From Actinomycetota bacterium (GTDB taxonomy: Bacteria; Actinomycetota; Acidimicrobiia; IMCC26256; VFJJ01): a DNA stretch of 47,505 nt. The stretch spans positions 1 to 47,505 of the forward strand of contig VFJJ01000094.1 in assembly GCA_009886115.1 (NCBI GenBank), given 5' to 3'. The translations under genes were made by a program, and so were the position numbers. Below are positions 9,592 through 19,843 of the stretch, one piece after another. The notes below the pieces were generated by a model. That model had not been told where the DNA came from. It made no database searches and saw only the letters and a program-made list of their open reading frames with translations. Every line of letters starts with the position of its first letter. Position 1 is the stretch's first letter.

Positions 9592-9687
9592 CTCGCCACA
9601 TGTCGAGCCGTCCCCGGGTCGATGACCGGCGTGCCCGGCGGTGCCCCACGTGGAACACTGGCCGTCGCCAGAGATCGAGGACGAGAC

Positions 9688-10056
9688 ATGCGACGACGGC
9701 GGCAGCCTGAGCGGCAGGGTTCCACGTTTCGACGGGCGCTCGTGGTGGCCAGCGCAAGCGCGTCGATGCTGTTCATGACGGCCCTCGCCCCCGCGAGCGC
9801 CCAGACCGACACCACCTCGGCTCCGACCCCGACGACGCTCGGTCCAACGCAGACCCAGACGGCGCAGACGGCGTCGACGGCGGCGAGGAAGCCCGTCGAC
9901 GACGACGGACCCGACCGGATCGTCCTCATCGGGTTGATCGCCGTCGCGGTGATCGTGGCCCTGACCGTGCTGTGGTACGCCTCGGGCCACGTCCGGCGGG
10001 TGGGCCGCGAGGGACCGTCCGGGGGCGGGTCTCCACCGGCGCCGAGAACCCGGTGA
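9688..10056 (+). CDS. Small signal-peptide plus single-TM protein
   Basis: GAGG upstream; basic N-terminus, ASA-Q cleavage-like site, Thr-rich stretch, C-terminal TM. Confidence 0.55.
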   Translation: MRRRRQPERQGSTFRRALVVASASASMLFMTALAPASAQTDTTSAPTPTTLGPTQTQTAQTASTAARKPVDDDGPDRIVLIGLIAVAVIVALTVLWYASGHVRRVGREGPSGGGSPPAPRTR

Positions 10057-10125
10057 GTCTCAGGCCGTCCGGGCCGGGCTAGCCTTCGCAGCATCGCTCG
10101 TAGTGCTCTTGTCGTCGGAGGAATC

Positions 10126-10344
10126 GTGAGACGCGCCGTTCGGTTCGCAGCCACTCTCGCCATCGCGTCTGTCGTCGTGGTGCTCACGGCCCTGCCCGCG
10201 CTGGCCCAGACGGCTGAGGCTGGCGACCCCGCCAAGCCTTGGCACTACTGGATCGCGCCGGTGCTGGTTGCGAGCTTCGGTCTCGTACTCATCCTCCTCG
10301 CCGTCGGGTACTACATGAAGGTGGTCCGGGTTCCCCGCCGGTGA
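10126..10344 (+). CDS. Small membrane protein
   Basis: GGAGGA RBS; ALA-Q signal-like site then TM; GTGA overlap with next gene. Confidence 0.65.
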   Translation: MRRAVRFAATLAIASVVVVLTALPALAQTAEAGDPAKPWHYWIAPVLVASFGLVLILLAVGYYMKVVRVPRR

Positions 10345-11483
10345 CCCCTTCGCCCATCGACTGGGACCTCGCCGCCCGCATCGCCCGGCGCGTCGCCGGA
10401 CGCGAGCCGCTCGAGCGGTCGTACCACGCCCGGGTCCTCGAGCGCGACTTCGACGAGGTCACGTCGGAGGCCGAGGACCTCGTCGCCGAGTTCACCGGGC
10501 TCCGATCCGGCGTCGGCCCGGCCCGCGCGCTCGTGCTCGACCGGGGCCAGTGGACCGCGGCGAACCTGGTCTCGTTCGAGCGACTGCTCGCCCCCATCAC
10601 CGAGCGCATGGCGGCCAAGCTCGCCGCGTCGCCGGCGGCGGGGGCGGCCCGGAAGGTCGCGGGAGCCGAGATCGGGATGCTCGTCGGGATGCTCGCCCAG
10701 CGGGTGCTCGGGCAGTACGACCTCCTCGTGCCCGACGAGCGCAGCGCCGCTGGTCAGCCCGGCAACTCCGTCAGCACCCGAGCCGATGGCGACGCCGTGT
10801 ACTACGTGGGTCCCAACGTGCTCGGGCTCGAGAAGCGCTTCGCGTTCCGCCCCCGCGAGTTCCGCCGCTGGATCGCGTTGCACGAGATCACCCATCGGGC
10901 GCAGTTCACCGGGGTCCCCTGGATGCGACCGTACTTCCTCGGTCTGGTCGACCAGTCGCTCGCCATCGCCGATCCCGACCCGAAGCGCCTGGTGCGGGCC
11001 CTCGAGCGGGCCCTCAGTGACCTCCGGCGACGGCGCAACCCCCTCGACGACGGGGGCCTGGTCTCCCTGTTCGCCAGCCCCGAGCAGCGCGTCGTGCTCG
11101 ACCGTGTGCAGGCGCTCATGTCGATGCTCGAAGGCCACGGCAACCTCGTGATGGACCGGCTCGGCGCCGTGCACGTGCACGGGCAGGCCCGGATGTCGGA
11201 GGCGTTGCGGGTCCGGCGCGAGCAGGGCGGCCTGACGCGCCAGATCTACAAGGCCCTCGGCCTCGAGATGAAGATGCGTCAGTACGAGGTGGGCGAGCGC
11301 TTCTGCGCGCGGGTCGTCGACCTCGCCGGCCTGCGGGCCCTCGACGCCGCTTGGACCAGTCCCGAGCACCTCCCGACCCTGGAGGAGTTCACCGCTCCCG
11401 AGCGCTGGCTGACCCGGGTCGACTCCATGGCGTCCACCCCGGTTCATCTCGGCGCGCCCGGCTTCGATGAGCTCCGCCGCTGA
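10341..11483 (+). CDS. Zincin-like metalloprotease (DUF2342 type)
   Basis: IDWDLA start, RVLGQYD, HEITH zinc motif, MSMLEGHG; usual position upstream of tilS. Confidence 0.85.
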   Translation: MTPSPIDWDLAARIARRVAGREPLERSYHARVLERDFDEVTSEAEDLVAEFTGLRSGVGPARALVLDRGQWTAANLVSFERLLAPITERMAAKLAASPAAGAARKVAGAEIGMLVGMLAQRVLGQYDLLVPDERSAAGQPGNSVSTRADGDAVYYVGPNVLGLEKRFAFRPREFRRWIALHEITHRAQFTGVPWMRPYFLGLVDQSLAIADPDPKRLVRALERALSDLRRRRNPLDDGGLVSLFASPEQRVVLDRVQALMSMLEGHGNLVMDRLGAVHVHGQARMSEALRVRREQGGLTRQIYKALGLEMKMRQYEVGERFCARVVDLAGLRALDAAWTSPEHLPTLEEFTAPERWLTRVDSMASTPVHLGAPGFDELRR

Positions 11484-13014
11484 CCGCGACGGCTCGGTGA
11501 GCAACGACCCGTCGAGGCCCTCCGCGCCGCTCGCAGCGGTGCTCGCGCCATGGGTGAGACAGCTGAGCCGGCCCGGAGCATCGGCTGTGTCGATACAGGC
11601 GGACGGCCCCCCCGCCGTCGTGGCCTGCTCGGGCGGTTGCGACTCGTCGGCGCTCCTCGCCTTGGCCGTGGCCATGCGCTGGAACCCGATCGCCGTCCAC
11701 GTCGACCACGGCCTGCGCGATGGCAGCGACGACGACGCTCGACGGGTCGTCGAGCTGGCGGCTCGCCTGGGCGTGACGGCGATCGTGGAGCGGGTCGACA
11801 TCGATGGCGGTCGGACGGCGCCCAACCTCGAGGAGCGGGCGCGCCATGCCCGCTATGCAGCCCTCGAACGGGTGGCCGACACCCTCGGCACCAACACGAT
11901 CCTCGTCGGACACACCCGTGACGACCAGGCCGAGACGGTGCTCCTGAACCTGCTCCGCGGGGCGGCGTCGACCGGCATGGCCGGCATGGCGCCCCGACGG
12001 GGTCGGATCGTGCGGCCCCTGCTCGGTCTCGGGCGTAGCGACACGCTCGAGATCTGCGCCCGCCTCGGCATCGACGCGGTGGTCGACCCGATGAACAGCG
12101 AGACCCGGTTCCGTCGGGTGTGGGTCAGGCGCGAGCTGCTCCCCGTGCTCGACAGCGGCGCGTGCCGCGACGTCACAGCCGTCCTCGCTCGTCAGGCCGA
12201 GGTGCTCCGGGAGGAGTCCGACTACCTCGACGATGTGGCTCAGCACGCGCTCGACGGGCTGTTCGGAAGCGCCGTCGGCGACGCCGGGCGCAAGGGCCAG
12301 CTCGACGCCACCGGGCTGGGCGTGTTGCCCAGGGCGATCGCTCGTCGCGTGGTCAGGCTGTGGCTGGGTCGGCCCCCGCCGTCGCTCGCCGAGGTCGACG
12401 CGGTGCTCGCCGTCGCTGGTGGTGTGCGCAGGGCTGTCGAGCTCACCGGCGCCCGGCGCGTCGCCAGGCACGGAGGGCGCCTCGAGTTCACCGGCCGCGC
12501 CGGGGCCGGGACCGGGACGGAGCCCTGGGCCGGGACCGGGACGGAGACCGGGACGGAGACCGGGACGGAGACCGGGACGGAGACCGGGACGGACGAGCAG
12601 CGGAGCGGGTGCGAGCAGGCGCGCCTGGTCGTTCCCGGCGACACCGTGGCCGGATCGTGGTGCTTCACCAGCTGGATCGAACGGGCAGCCCCCGTGGCGT
12701 GGCCCGACGACGGCTACCGCTGCGTGCTCGATGCCGACACCGTCGGCCGTGACCTCACGGTCCGCCCGGCTGATCCCGGAGATCGTCTGCACCCGCTCGG
12801 GATGCTCGGGCACAAGACCGTCGCGCACGCCCTCGCCGAGGCTGGTATCCGAGCCGCCCGCACGAGCCGGTGGCCCGTGATCGCCGACGATGCGACCGGG
12901 GAGCTCGTGTGGGTGCCGGGCTATCGTCTCGCCGACCCGGCCCGGGTCACGAGCGACACCCGTCGCTATCTGTGGATCGAGGCCCGCCTCGACTCCCTCG
13001 CACCGGAACGGTAG
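11467..13014 (+). CDS. tilS: tRNA(Ile)-lysidine synthetase
   Basis: SGGCDS PP-loop, HVDHGLR, ARHARY, GHTRDDQAET, RPLL. Confidence 0.93.
   Translation: MSSAADRDGSVSNDPSRPSAPLAAVLAPWVRQLSRPGASAVSIQADGPPAVVACSGGCDSSALLALAVAMRWNPIAVHVDHGLRDGSDDDARRVVELAARLGVTAIVERVDIDGGRTAPNLEERARHARYAALERVADTLGTNTILVGHTRDDQAETVLLNLLRGAASTGMAGMAPRRGRIVRPLLGLGRSDTLEICARLGIDAVVDPMNSETRFRRVWVRRELLPVLDSGACRDVTAVLARQAEVLREESDYLDDVAQHALDGLFGSAVGDAGRKGQLDATGLGVLPRAIARRVVRLWLGRPPPSLAEVDAVLAVAGGVRRAVELTGARRVARHGGRLEFTGRAGAGTGTEPWAGTGTETGTETGTETGTETGTDEQRSGCEQARLVVPGDTVAGSWCFTSWIERAAPVAWPDDGYRCVLDADTVGRDLTVRPADPGDRLHPLGMLGHKTVAHALAEAGIRAARTSRWPVIADDATGELVWVPGYRLADPARVTSDTRRYLWIEARLDSLAPER
12535..12593 (+). repeat. In-frame 12-bp tandem repeat (ACCGGGACGGAG) x~5 inside tilS
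   Basis: Four perfect units and one near-perfect unit encoding (TGTE)n; further unit at 12511-12522. Confidence 0.95.
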
Positions 13015-13018
13015 AGCC

Positions 13019-13561
13019 ATGTCCGACACCGAGGACCGCGATCCCGCCCTCGGGCGGGTCGTGATCGCCGAGGACGCACTGGGGGCCAGAGTTCGCGAGC
13101 TCGGCGCCGAGATCAGCACCGACTACGCCGGTCGTCAACCGCTGCTGGTCGGCGTCCTCAAGGGCGCCTTCGTGTTCATGAGCGATCTGGCGCGAGCGAT
13201 CAACCTCCACGTCGAGGTCGACTTCATGGCCGTCTCGTCGTACGGGCACGCCACCCAGACCAGCGGCGTGGTGCGGATCATCAAGGACCTCGAGGCCGAT
13301 CTCACCGGTCGTGACGTCATCGTCGTCGAAGACATCGTCGACTCGGGGCTCACGCTCAACTACCTGTGCCGCAACCTCCTGGGGCGGGGTCCGGCATCGC
13401 TCACCGTGTGTGCGCTGCTCGTCAAGGAGGGCCATGGCGAGATCGACCCGGCGCCTGCCTACGTGGGGTTCACGATTCCCCGCCTGTTCGTGATCGGCTA
13501 CGGCCTCGACGTCGCCGAGCGGTATCGCAACCTCCCGTATCTCGCCGAGTACATCGGCTGA
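13019..13561 (+). CDS. hpt: Hypoxanthine phosphoribosyltransferase
   Basis: GVLKGAFVFMSDL, VEDIVDSGLTL, GYGLDVAERYRNLPY. Confidence 0.96.
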   Translation: MSDTEDRDPALGRVVIAEDALGARVRELGAEISTDYAGRQPLLVGVLKGAFVFMSDLARAINLHVEVDFMAVSSYGHATQTSGVVRIIKDLEADLTGRDVIVVEDIVDSGLTLNYLCRNLLGRGPASLTVCALLVKEGHGEIDPAPAYVGFTIPRLFVIGYGLDVAERYRNLPYLAEYIG

Positions 13562-13601
13562 CGGCTCCTGCCGGACCACCGCGACCGGCGCGGTCTTCGG
13601 C

Positions 13602-13868
13602 GTGAACGTCCCGACCTACGGCGATCTCTCGCATCTGGTCCTCGACCGTCCCATCGTGGGCATGGCCGCCACGCCGACCGGCCGGGGCTACTGGCTGGTG
13701 GCGTCCGACGACGGGATCTTCGCGTTCGGCGACGCGCGCTTTCACGGATCGACCGGGGCGCTGCGCTTGAACCAGCCGATCGTGGGGATGGCGACCACGG
13801 TCTCGTGCAGATCGCGGAGATCACCATCACCCGGGCCGTCGACCATCTCGTGCACACGTTCACCATGA
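13602..13868 (+). pseudogene. Short ORF or fragment with about two beta-propeller-type repeats
   Basis: PIVGMAATPTGRGYWLVASDDGIFAFGDARFHGSTGALRLNQPIVGMA; no signal peptide, unrelated tail. Confidence 0.6.
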
Positions 13869-14040
13869 CCGCCGTCAGCGCATCGAGCGGGCGCACGGCT
13901 GCCGACGAGCAACCTCGAGGGTGAGCCCGCGCGCCCTCGGCCCCGGATGAGCCTCCCGACCGGTCGGGTAACCTGAACGCGCGCGCGCGCCGTGAACGTG
14001 GCGCGCCCCGTCAGCTTCGAGCCCTGGTAGTCGAGGACCC

Positions 14041-15966
14041 GTGACCCGCAAGAAACTGCAACGCAGCCCGTTCCTCTACCTGCTCGTGGGGTTGGTCGCG
14101 CTCATCGTCGTGCTGAAGGTCTTCAACGGTGACCCCGACCGCCGACAGCTCGAGTACTCGGAGTTCCAGGACGCATTGGCGTCCGACTCGGTGAAGACGG
14201 CGAAGCTCCTCGACCGTGACCACATCATCGAAGGCACGCTCACCGACGGCGAGCGCTACGAGGTGACCATCCCCGCCGAGGCCGCCGACGAGGTCACTGA
14301 CGACATCGAGCGGGCCGGCGTCGACTACGAGGTCGACAACCAGAAGGGCAGCCTCTGGACCAGCATCCTCCTGCAGTTCCTGCCGTTCGTGATCGTCCTC
14401 GGCCTGTTCTTCTTCCTCATCACGAGCCAGATGCAAGGCAGCGGGAACCGGGTGATGAGCTTCGGGAAGTCCCGGGCCAAGGTCGTGAACAAGGACCATC
14501 CGAAGACCACGTTCGCCGACGTCGCCGGTCTCGACGAGGCCGTCGAGGAGCTCCAGGAGATCAAGGACTTCCTCACGTCGCCCCAGCGGTTCATCGCCAT
14601 GGGGGCCAAGATCCCCAAGGGGGTGCTGCTGTTCGGGCCTCCGGGGACGGGCAAGACCCTGCTGGCCCGAGCGGTCGCCGGCGAGGCCGGGGTGCCGTTC
14701 TTCTCCATCAGCGGATCCGACTTCGTCGAGATGTTCGTCGGCGTCGGAGCATCCCGGGTGCGCGACCTGTTCGAACAGGCCAAGAGCGCGGCGCCCGCGA
14801 TCGTGTTCGTCGACGAGATCGACGCCGTGGGCCGTCAACGCGGAGCGGGGCTCGGCGGGGGCCACGACGAGCGCGAACAGACGCTCAACCAGTTGCTCGT
14901 GGAGATGGACGGCTTCGACACACGCCAGGGTGTGATCCTCATCGCGGCCACGAACCGGCCCGACATCCTCGATCCGGCATTGCTGCGGCCGGGGCGCTTC
15001 GACCGTCAGATCGTCGTCGACCGCCCCGATCTTGAAGGCCGCCGGGCCATCCTCCGTGTGCACGCCAGGGACAAGCCGCTCGCCGAAGGCGTCGACCTCG
15101 ATGTCATCGCCCGGCGCACTCCGGGCTTCACCGGGGCCGATCTGTCGAACCTGCTCAACGAGGCTGCGCTCCTCTCGGCGAGACGCAACCTGATATCGAT
15201 CGGCCTGCGTGAGATCGAGGACTCGATCGACCGGGTCGTGGCCGGTCCCGAACGCCGCAGCCGCGTGATCTCCGACGACGAGAAGCTCGTGATCGCCTAC
15301 CACGAGGCCGGACACGCCCTCGTAGCCCACGCGCTCCCCAACGCCGACCCGGTCCACAAGATCTCGATCATCCCGAGGGGCCGGGCGCTCGGCTACACGC
15401 TCACCCTCCCGCTCGAGGACAAGTATCTCGTCACCCGCAGCCAACTCATCGACGAGCTGGCCATGCTCCTGGGCGGGCGCACAGCCGAGGAGACACGCTT
15501 CGGCGACCCCACCACCGGAGCATCGAACGACATCGACCGCGCCACCTCGATCGCACGCCAGATGGTCACCGAGTACGGGATGAGCGACGAGCTGGGCCCG
15601 ATGCGCTTCGGGCACAAGCACGCCGAGGTCTTCCTCGGGCGCGACTTCGCAGCGACGCCCGACTACTCCGACGAGTTGGCGTCACGCATCGACGCCGAGG
15701 TCCGCCGGCTGATCGACGACGCTCACGACGTGGCCCGGGCCGTCATCACCGAGCACCGTGGCGTCCTCGACCACATCGCGCAGGAGCTCGTCGCCCACGA
15801 GACCCTCGAGATCGACGAGGTCGTCCGCCTCCTGGGGCCCGTCCCACCGTGGCGTACCGGATCGCCGAGCGACGGCCACACGCCGGCATCGTCCCAGGCG
15901 GCCCCCGCTCCGGCCACCGTGCCCCTCGACAAGACAACGACCGCAGCCGCGTCGCGTACCGACTGA
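14041..15966 (+). CDS. ftsH: ATP-dependent zinc metalloprotease FtsH
   Basis: Two TMs, [32 protein letters not shown]. Confidence 0.98.
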   Translation: MTRKKLQRSPFLYLLVGLVALIVVLKVFNGDPDRRQLEYSEFQDALASDSVKTAKLLDRDHIIEGTLTDGERYEVTIPAEAADEVTDDIERAGVDYEVDNQKGSLWTSILLQFLPFVIVLGLFFFLITSQMQGSGNRVMSFGKSRAKVVNKDHPKTTFADVAGLDEAVEELQEIKDFLTSPQRFIAMGAKIPKGVLLFGPPGTGKTLLARAVAGEAGVPFFSISGSDFVEMFVGVGASRVRDLFEQAKSAAPAIVFVDEIDAVGRQRGAGLGGGHDEREQTLNQLLVEMDGFDTRQGVILIAATNRPDILDPALLRPGRFDRQIVVDRPDLEGRRAILRVHARDKPLAEGVDLDVIARRTPGFTGADLSNLLNEAALLSARRNLISIGLREIEDSIDRVVAGPERRSRVISDDEKLVIAYHEAGHALVAHALPNADPVHKISIIPRGRALGYTLTLPLEDKYLVTRSQLIDELAMLLGGRTAEETRFGDPTTGASNDIDRATSIARQMVTEYGMSDELGPMRFGHKHAEVFLGRDFAATPDYSDELASRIDAEVRRLIDDAHDVARAVITEHRGVLDHIAQELVAHETLEIDEVVRLLGPVPPWRTGSPSDGHTPASSQAAPAPATVPLDKTTTAAASRTD

Positions 15967-16076
15967 CACGAGCAGCCTCGGTTCCCGGGATCCTCCGCTC
16001 CCGGCCGTCACCGCCCCAGTCCGGCGCCGAAGCGCCGAAGCACCGAAGCTCCGAAGCGCCGAGGAGGGCGCCAGCC

Positions 16077-16658
16077 ATGACCGTCGACAAGGGCCGCATC
16101 TCGGCCGCTGTGCGTGAGATCCTGATCGCCATCGGGGAGGACCCCGATCGCGACGGATTGATCCGAACGCCGGTGCGGATCGCCGACATGTTCGAGGAGG
16201 TCTTCGCTGGCTTGCACGACGACCCGGCACAACATCTGGCCGTGCGGTTCGAGGCCGACCACGACGAGATGATCCTCGTTCGCGACATCCCCCTGTACTC
16301 CATGTGCGAGCACCACCTCCTGCCGTTCATCGGTCGGGCGCACGTGGCGTACATCCCCGGGCCCGACGGCCGGATCACGGGGCTCTCGAAGCTCGCCCGA
16401 CTCGTCGACGTGTACGCCAGGCGGCCCCAGGTGCAAGAGCGCCTGACCACCCAGATCGCCGACACGCTCCAGGCCGAGCTCCAGCCCCGGGGCGTGTTCG
16501 TCTCGATTCAGGCCGAGCACCTGTGCATGTCGATGCGGGGGGTGCGCAAGCCCGGCTCGCTCACCGTGACCCAAGCCGTGCGTGGGCTGTTCAAGAGCAA
16601 TCCCGCGACGCGAGCCGAGGTCATGAGCCTCATCGGCCAGCCCGCCCGCCTCCCCTGA
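16077..16658 (+). CDS. folE: GTP cyclohydrolase I
   Basis: [40 protein letters not shown]. Confidence 0.97.
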   Translation: MTVDKGRISAAVREILIAIGEDPDRDGLIRTPVRIADMFEEVFAGLHDDPAQHLAVRFEADHDEMILVRDIPLYSMCEHHLLPFIGRAHVAYIPGPDGRITGLSKLARLVDVYARRPQVQERLTTQIADTLQAELQPRGVFVSIQAEHLCMSMRGVRKPGSLTVTQAVRGLFKSNPATRAEVMSLIGQPARLP

Positions 16659-16731
16659 GCCGACGCGCCGCCCGAGAAAGGCCGGCTTGGCCCAGTCATG
16701 CCACCGAGCGCGACCGCTAGGCTGGCGCACC

Positions 16732-17595
16732 GTGATCTTCGCCCGTCGTCCCCTCGTCATTGGTGTCGTCAACGTGACGCCCGACTCGTTCTCCGACGGC
16801 GGGCGCTTCCACGACGTGAGCGCGGCGGTTGCCCACGGCCTCAGCCTCCTCGCCGAGGGCGCCGGTGTCATCGATGTGGGAGGCGAGAGCACCCGCCCCG
16901 GGGCGCAGCCCGTCGAGCCGGCCACCGAGCAGCGCCGGGTGATCCCGGTGATCGAGGCGCTGGCCGCACGGACGGTCGTCCCCATCAGCGTCGACACCCG
17001 GAACGCATCCACGGCAGGCGCGGCCATCGCCGCGGGAGCCACGATCGTCAACGACGTCTCGGCCGGATGCCACGATCCCGAGATGCTGGGCGTCGTCGCC
17101 GACGCCGGAGTCGGGTACCTCCTGATGCACATGCGGGGCGAGCCCGCCACCATGCAGGACGATGTCCGCTACGACGATGTCGTCGCCGAGGTGACCGAGT
17201 TCCTCCTCGAGCGGCTGGCTGCGGCTCGAGCAGCCGGCATCGCGCCCGAACAGTTGGGCGCCGACCCCGGGCTGGGCTTCGCCAAGACGACCGGGCACAA
17301 CCTCACCCTGCTCGGACGGCTGCCGGAGCTGGTCGCGGCCGTCGGCGTGCCCGTGGTCGTGGGTTCGTCGCGCAAGTCCTTCCTCGGACGGGTCCTGGCC
17401 GGCCCCGGTGACGATCCGCTTCCCGTCGATCGACGTCAGGACGGAACCCTGGCCACGGTGGTGTGGGCGCTCGACCAGGGCGCCTCGGCCGTTCGGGTGC
17501 ACGATGTCCGTTCAGCAGCGAGGGCGATGCAGGTGCTCGAGATCATGAGACGGGCCTACGACGGTGGGCTCACAGACCCGGAGGTCGCGGCGTGA
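16732..17595 (+). CDS. folP: Dihydropteroate synthase
   Basis: NVTPDSFSDGG, DVGGESTRPG, DPGLGFAK, SRKSF, RVHDV. Confidence 0.96.
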   Translation: MIFARRPLVIGVVNVTPDSFSDGGRFHDVSAAVAHGLSLLAEGAGVIDVGGESTRPGAQPVEPATEQRRVIPVIEALAARTVVPISVDTRNASTAGAAIAAGATIVNDVSAGCHDPEMLGVVADAGVGYLLMHMRGEPATMQDDVRYDDVVAEVTEFLLERLAAARAAGIAPEQLGADPGLGFAKTTGHNLTLLGRLPELVAAVGVPVVVGSSRKSFLGRVLAGPGDDPLPVDRRQDGTLATVVWALDQGASAVRVHDVRSAARAMQVLEIMRRAYDGGLTDPEVAA

Positions 17596-18143
17596 AAGGC
17601 CGATGGGCGCAGGGGCTCCAGCCCCGATTCTTCGCCTGGATCATCAAGGACCGCCTCGCGGTGTCGGAGCGGCCCGGGGGCTACGCCCGCAACCACCGCA
17701 AGGTGCGTCGCGAGGAGGAGATCCTCTGGCTGCGCCAGCAGGGCTTCACCCGCGTCGTGTCATTGCTCGAGTCGCCCCACAACCTCAAGGCCTACGAGGA
17801 GATGGGGATGCTGTGCGAGCAGGTACCGCTCGGGCGGCCCGTGGGGTACCAGCAGCGGCTGCCGGCCGTCTACGACGCGCTGGGTCGTCTCATCGACGAT
17901 CCGAGCCATCGGGTGCTGATCCACATCGAGGAGTTCGGTGACGTCCTGAGCGGTGTGATCGCCGGGTTCCTCGTGTCGGTCAACCTCGTCCAGGCCGGCC
18001 CGCACGCGATCACCCTCGTCGAACGTCTGACGGGGAGGGAGATGGGCACCCAGGGTCGCGAGATCGTCGCCCTCACGCTCGCCGAAGCGATGCGTCGACC
18101 GCTCACCCACCCCTCGTCACACGCGACGGCACTCAACGGCTGA
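17592..18143 (+). CDS. Hypothetical protein with dual-specificity/tyrosine phosphatase-like pattern lacking CX5R
   Basis: FAWIIKDRLAVSERPGG, WLRQQGFTRVVSLLE, RVLIHIEEFGDV; GAGG RBS and GTGA overlap with folP. Confidence 0.7.
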   Translation: MKGRWAQGLQPRFFAWIIKDRLAVSERPGGYARNHRKVRREEEILWLRQQGFTRVVSLLESPHNLKAYEEMGMLCEQVPLGRPVGYQQRLPAVYDALGRLIDDPSHRVLIHIEEFGDVLSGVIAGFLVSVNLVQAGPHAITLVERLTGREMGTQGREIVALTLAEAMRRPLTHPSSHATALNG

Positions 18144-18205
18144 ACGATCCCGAACGTTCGAGTCGCGGCTCGACCGGTCTCGAGCCCGTAGAGCCCAGAT
18201 GCGGC

Positions 18206-19657
18206 TCAGGTGTGGCTGCGCGACCAATCCTCGGTCGGCGGCCAGACCCGCACGATCCTGACGTAGTCGGTTCCACCGGCGCGCGGCCCGGGCGAGCCGG
18301 CCACGATCGCGACGAGGTCCTCGGGGGCGACCAGGCCCCGATCTCGCGCCGCGATCACGACGGCCTCGACTTCCTCGGGGCGATCCTTGGCCTCGTTCAT
18401 CAACAGACCCTGCACGCCCCAGACCACCGAGAGATGGCCGATCGTGTCGGGGCGGGGCGAGAACCCGATCACGGGCATCGACGGGCGGAAGGCGGCGATA
18501 CGGCGAGCGGTGGCCCCGGTGCGGGTGGGACAGAGCACCGCGGAGACCCCGAGGTCCTCGGCAGCCAGCGCGGCGGCATGGGCCACGGCCCACGACACCC
18601 GGTCGTACCGCAGTTCCTTGTGCACGGGCACGAGGTGGTTGTGCTCGGCGTCGTCGGCGGCGTTGGCGATGTCGGCCATCGTGCGCACCGACTCCGAGGG
18701 GAACTCGCCCACCGCCGTCTCCTCCGACAGCATCAGCGCATCGGTACCGTCGAACACGGCGTTGGCGACGTCGGCCACCTCGGCCCGGCTGGGCAGGGGC
18801 GACCAGCACATCGACTCCAGCATCTCGGTGGCGGTGATCACCGGCTTCCCCGCACGGTTGCAGGCGGCGATGATCTCCTTTTGCAGCATGGGCAGGCGTT
18901 GGAGCTCGACCTGGATACCGAGATCGCCTCGGGCGACCATCACCACGTCGGCCTCGGCGATGATGTCGTCGAGCGCTTCCAACGCGGAGCGGGTCTCGAT
19001 CTTGGCGACCAGGTGAGGACGGGCAGCTCGTTTGGGCAGTGCGGCGCGGGCCCGCCGCAGGTCGTCAGCGTCTCTCACGAACGACAGACCGATGAAGTCG
19101 GCCTTGATCGCCAGCGCGACCTGCATCGCGTCGGCGTCCTCGGCCGTGAAGGCCTCGACCTTGCGCTCGGCACTCGGGACGTGCATCCCCTTGCGTGACT
19201 TGAGCAGGCCGCCCCGCTCGACGAGGGTCATCACGTCGGAGCCGACGATCTCGGTGACGCGCAGCACGATCTCGCCGTTGGCGAGGAACACCTCGTCGCC
19301 CACATGACAGATCGAAGCGAGATCGTCGACGGTGTGCGACACCCGGGTCGTGTCACCGACCACGTCGCCGTCGACGAGACGGAAGTCCTGGCCCGTCACG
19401 AGACGAACCCCGACGGCGTCGTCGGCGACGAGACCCGTTCGCATCTTGGGCCCGGGGAGGTCGACGAGGATCCCGATCTCACGGCCCATCTCACCGGCGA
19501 TGAAGCGGACCAGCCGGGCGGCTTCTCGGTGGTCCTCGACGGTCCCGTGGGCGAAGTTGATGCGCACGACGTCGGTGCCCGCGGCGATGAGTCCGCGCAG
19601 CGCCTCGGGCGACCTCGTGCTCGGTCCCAGCGTGGCGATGATCTTGGTGCGACGCAG
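18206..19657 (-). CDS. pyk: Pyruvate kinase (probable CTG start)
   Basis: RRTKIIATLGP, DLPGPKMRTG, AKIET, MVARGDLG, DGTDALMLSEETA. Confidence 0.93.
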   Translation of the reverse strand: MRRTKIIATLGPSTRSPEALRGLIAAGTDVVRINFAHGTVEDHREAARLVRFIAGEMGREIGILVDLPGPKMRTGLVADDAVGVRLVTGQDFRLVDGDVVGDTTRVSHTVDDLASICHVGDEVFLANGEIVLRVTEIVGSDVMTLVERGGLLKSRKGMHVPSAERKVEAFTAEDADAMQVALAIKADFIGLSFVRDADDLRRARAALPKRAARPHLVAKIETRSALEALDDIIAEADVVMVARGDLGIQVELQRLPMLQKEIIAACNRAGKPVITATEMLESMCWSPLPSRAEVADVANAVFDGTDALMLSEETAVGEFPSESVRTMADIANAADDAEHNHLVPVHKELRYDRVSWAVAHAAALAAEDLGVSAVLCPTRTGATARRIAAFRPSMPVIGFSPRPDTIGHLSVVWGVQGLLMNEAKDRPEEVEAVVIAARDRGLVAPEDLVAIVAGSPGPRAGGTDYVRIVRVWPPTEDWSRSHT

Positions 19658-19843
19658 GAGTGATCCTCCGTTGACGGACGACGATGGCGGGCGGCGCCTC
19701 AGGGACAGGAGCGCACGCCGGTACTGGAGCGATGCTGGAGCGAGGCTACCGGCCCCGTCGCCGAACCCGTGACGATGACCGCGATCGTCCATCTCGTGGT
19801 CGTGGTGCGTTCAGGTCGATCTCGGATCGGTACGCTGCCACCG

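Noticed and set aside
12505..12594. Tandem repeats as a possible CRISPR array
   Set aside because: Units are short, contiguous and spacerless, and no cas genes are present
13978..13991. (CG)n run upstream of ftsH
   Set aside because: Short and unsurprising in a very GC-rich genome
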